Origin: SAR202 cluster bacterium
GTDB taxonomy: Bacteria; Chloroflexota; Dehalococcoidia; Lucifugimonadales; UBA6927
Assembly: GCA_022447855.1 (NCBI GenBank)
Contig: JAKUTX010000007.1
Location: 4,172-68,171 of the forward strand
Direction: 5' to 3'
DNA length: 64,000 nucleotides
The notes under the pieces are model-generated. The model was given only the letters and a program-made list of their open reading frames with translations. It ran no database searches and was not told the origin of the DNA. Shown here piece by piece: positions 61,902-64,000 of the stretch (positions are counted from its first letter, which is position 1; every line of letters starts with the position of its first letter). A program made the translations under genes and the position numbers.

Positions 61902-63128
61902 ATGAAGATCGCACTAATAAGTTTTCATAGCAGTCCATTAGAAACTCTGGGAGAAAAAGACGCTGGTGGAATGAATGTCTACATTCAACGGTTGTCTCAA
62001 GGGTTAAATGAATTAGATCATTCCGTTGATATTTTTTCTAGAGCATTTGATTCTGAAAGTGCGAATATTGAATTTCAAGATGAAAATAAATTTGAATCAA
62101 TAGTTAGAAATTTTCATTTTAATGCAGGTCCGTACGACTTAAAAAAAAGCCAATTTATAGATTTTGTAGATGAGTTTGTTGAGAAGGTAATAAGTTTTTG
62201 TAACAAAAATGATTTGAAATACGACCTGATTTCCAGCCATTACTGGTTATCTGCAATCATTGGTCAAAAGTTGTCTGATTACTGGCAGATTCCACATGTG
62301 ACTACTTTCCATACTTTGGCAGAAATTAAATTGTCTCTTGGAGTGGAGGATGGGACGGATTTACAATTCAGAAGCAAATCTGAAAAAGAAATTATCCAAA
62401 GCGTAGATGCTATTGTCGTTTCGACGGATTTAGAAAAACAGGATTTAATTTCAAAATATGGTGCACTTGAAACTAAAATTCATTCCATTTCACCCGGGGT
62501 AAACTTGGACCTTTTCAAATCTATTGATAGGAATGAATCTAGGCGCATTCTGAATCTTGACCTGCAAGAGAATATTGTTTTGTTTGTTGGAAGAATTGAT
62601 TCGTTGAAGGGCATTGATTATCTAGTTGAGGCAATGAGGCAATTGGGTCAAAAATTCCCTTTTCGGTTACAGGTTGTCGGAGGAAGTTTGGATGCTTCTC
62701 CCGAATTGAATGAATTGAAATCTAAAATTCAGGAAGCTGATTTGACCGATAGAGTAGATATTATTGGATCAGTAAGTCAGGAAAAATTGGTTTATTATTA
62801 TAATTCCTGCGATATTTTTGTAATGCCTTCTTTACATGAAAGTTTTGGGTTAGCGGCTCTTGAAGCTATGGCATGTGGAATTCCAGTTGTCGTGTCTGAT
62901 GTAGGCGGTTTGAAAACTTTTGTTACGGATAGTGAGACCGGATTTCTCGTAGCTCCTGCAAATGCGAACGAAATTGCAGTAAGAATAGCTCTTTTATTAG
63001 AAAATGATTCATTACGGAATCAAATGGGTGAAAAAGCTCAAATTGAAGCAAGAAGCAGAACTTGGGAAATTACGTCTCGAGAAATTGCTCTTTTATACTC
63101 TAATTTAGTTAAATCTCCAAATATTTGA
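61902..63128 (+). CDS. GT4 glycosyltransferase, MshA-like
   Basis: HSSPL..LG..DAGGMNVY, SHYWLS, TFHTLA..K, FVGRI, ESFGLAALEAMACG. Confidence 0.85.
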   Translation: MKIALISFHSSPLETLGEKDAGGMNVYIQRLSQGLNELDHSVDIFSRAFDSESANIEFQDENKFESIVRNFHFNAGPYDLKKSQFIDFVDEFVEKVISFCNKNDLKYDLISSHYWLSAIIGQKLSDYWQIPHVTTFHTLAEIKLSLGVEDGTDLQFRSKSEKEIIQSVDAIVVSTDLEKQDLISKYGALETKIHSISPGVNLDLFKSIDRNESRRILNLDLQENIVLFVGRIDSLKGIDYLVEAMRQLGQKFPFRLQVVGGSLDASPELNELKSKIQEADLTDRVDIIGSVSQEKLVYYYNSCDIFVMPSLHESFGLAALEAMACGIPVVVSDVGGLKTFVTDSETGFLVAPANANEIAVRIALLLENDSLRNQMGEKAQIEARSRTWEITSREIALLYSNLVKSPNI

Positions 63129-63258
63129 GACCTAAAAATCCTAAAAATATAGGTCTGAATAGGGTTCCAATTCAATATCCAAGCCTTTTAAAATATCTTT
63201 GAATGATAAATATTCCTTGATGTTTGTTGTCTGGGATTTTTTGTGAATAGGAGAAATT

Positions 63259-63891
63259 ATGAATACTAAAACTTTAACTAGTTGGTTGTTAATTGTAGGT
63301 CCAATATTGATGTTTGGTATGTTTGCATTTTTGTGGCCAGCATTAATTGGCGAAGGTGAGACTGCTGCATCTGATGTGGCGGAATTGATGGATAATCCAC
63401 AATTGTCACTGATCATGACGGCTATAGGGACCCTGATATTTGTTGGAACAATTAGTGGTTTAGCGCTTTTGTCATGGTCGAAAGCACCAGAATCAGGAGC
63501 GGTAGGTGCTCTTGGATCACTTTCTAGTATTGTGTTTGTTGGTGTAGCCGCCGTAGGAATAGCAGCCATGGGAAGCAATTTTGGAGTTATCGAAGAAGGT
63601 GCTGATAATGTGGCTGGCGCTGAGATGATTTCTCAGGTCGCGGGCTGGGGTCTTTTTAACGGTCTTTTTTGGTTCTGGAGTATTGGTAATATTCTTCTTG
63701 GTGCCACTCTAGTAGTTGAGAAGAAACTTAACAATATAGTTTCTTGGTTATTTCTATTAGTTGGTGTACTGATGGTACTTACACAAATAGTAGAAGCAGA
63801 TCTCGGAGATATAGTTGAAATCGTGATTTGGATCTCTATGACTCTAGTTACTGTCGCAGTTGGATATTTCAATCTTAAGTCAGATTCTTAA
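63259..63891 (+). CDS. Hypothetical polytopic membrane protein (about 6 TM)
   Basis: Alternating hydrophobic segments; AGGAG RBS. Confidence 0.75.
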   Translation: MNTKTLTSWLLIVGPILMFGMFAFLWPALIGEGETAASDVAELMDNPQLSLIMTAIGTLIFVGTISGLALLSWSKAPESGAVGALGSLSSIVFVGVAAVGIAAMGSNFGVIEEGADNVAGAEMISQVAGWGLFNGLFWFWSIGNILLGATLVVEKKLNNIVSWLFLLVGVLMVLTQIVEADLGDIVEIVIWISMTLVTVAVGYFNLKSDS

Positions 63892-63920
63892 GTTTTTTAC
63901 ATTACTAAAATGAATTTTTT

Positions 63921-63950
63921 GGGTAGGCCTATCTCTGGATAGGTCTATCC
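63921..63950 (+). terminator. Stable intergenic hairpin (possible terminator or mRNA-stabilising element)
   Basis: GGGTAGGCCTATC-TCTG-GATAGGTCTATCC: 13-bp stem with two G-U pairs; only a weak U-tract follows. Confidence 0.5.
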
Positions 63951-63974
63951 TATTAGCAAAAAAAGGGAGAAATC

Positions 63975-64000
63975 ATGAATTCTAAAACTCTAAGTAGTTG
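63975..64000 (+). CDS. Start of a probable tandem paralog of the 63259-63891 membrane protein (truncated by window end)
   Basis: GGAGAAATC-ATG, MNSKTLSS versus MNTKTLTS, with near-identical RBS context. Confidence 0.65.

Noticed and set aside
1045-63872. Numerous 60-145 aa ORFs overlapping longer genes on the opposite strand or another frame (for example 1045-1386, 20091-20306, 59701-59898, 63141-63578)
   Set aside because: Shadow ORFs of well-supported genes, with no recognisable motifs
1-64000. CRISPR arrays, IS elements, prophage, defence systems, rRNA
   Set aside because: No spaced direct repeats, transposase, integrase, phage or defence motifs seen; almost all sequence is explained by intact genes

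Overview
AT-rich (roughly one third GC by eye), gene-dense, mostly core chromosomal segment with very short intergenic spacers. The gene set (type 2 IleRS, DUF2298/TIGR03663 membrane glycosylation pair, sortase, NHL proteins, tandem crotonases, heme O synthase, MshA-like glycosyltransferase) suggests an aerobic monoderm Chloroflexota, probably Dehalococcoidia/SAR202-like; this is inference, not a database result. It carries housekeeping genes (rsmD, coaD, lysS, greA, ileS, serS, pheST, mutS, fabI, ftsY, rnc, glyA, thrC, glnA, moeA, tRNA-Pro(UGG)). Non-housekeeping modules include an archaeal-like surface glycosylation cluster next to ftsY and a sortase, a NuoEFG/HydABC-like module whose Fdh-like subunit lacks the catalytic Cys/Sec, a split D-glutamate cyclase-like gene pair, the upper half of a non-phosphorylative L-fucose-type pathway, and a GNAT plus MshA-like pair. 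IleRS has the non-canonical GAHH motif linked to mupirocin hyper-resistance, and there is an unannotated 52-aa basic ORF with a strong RBS. I saw no integrase, transposase, prophage, CRISPR array or rRNA. All calls come from motif recognition only.
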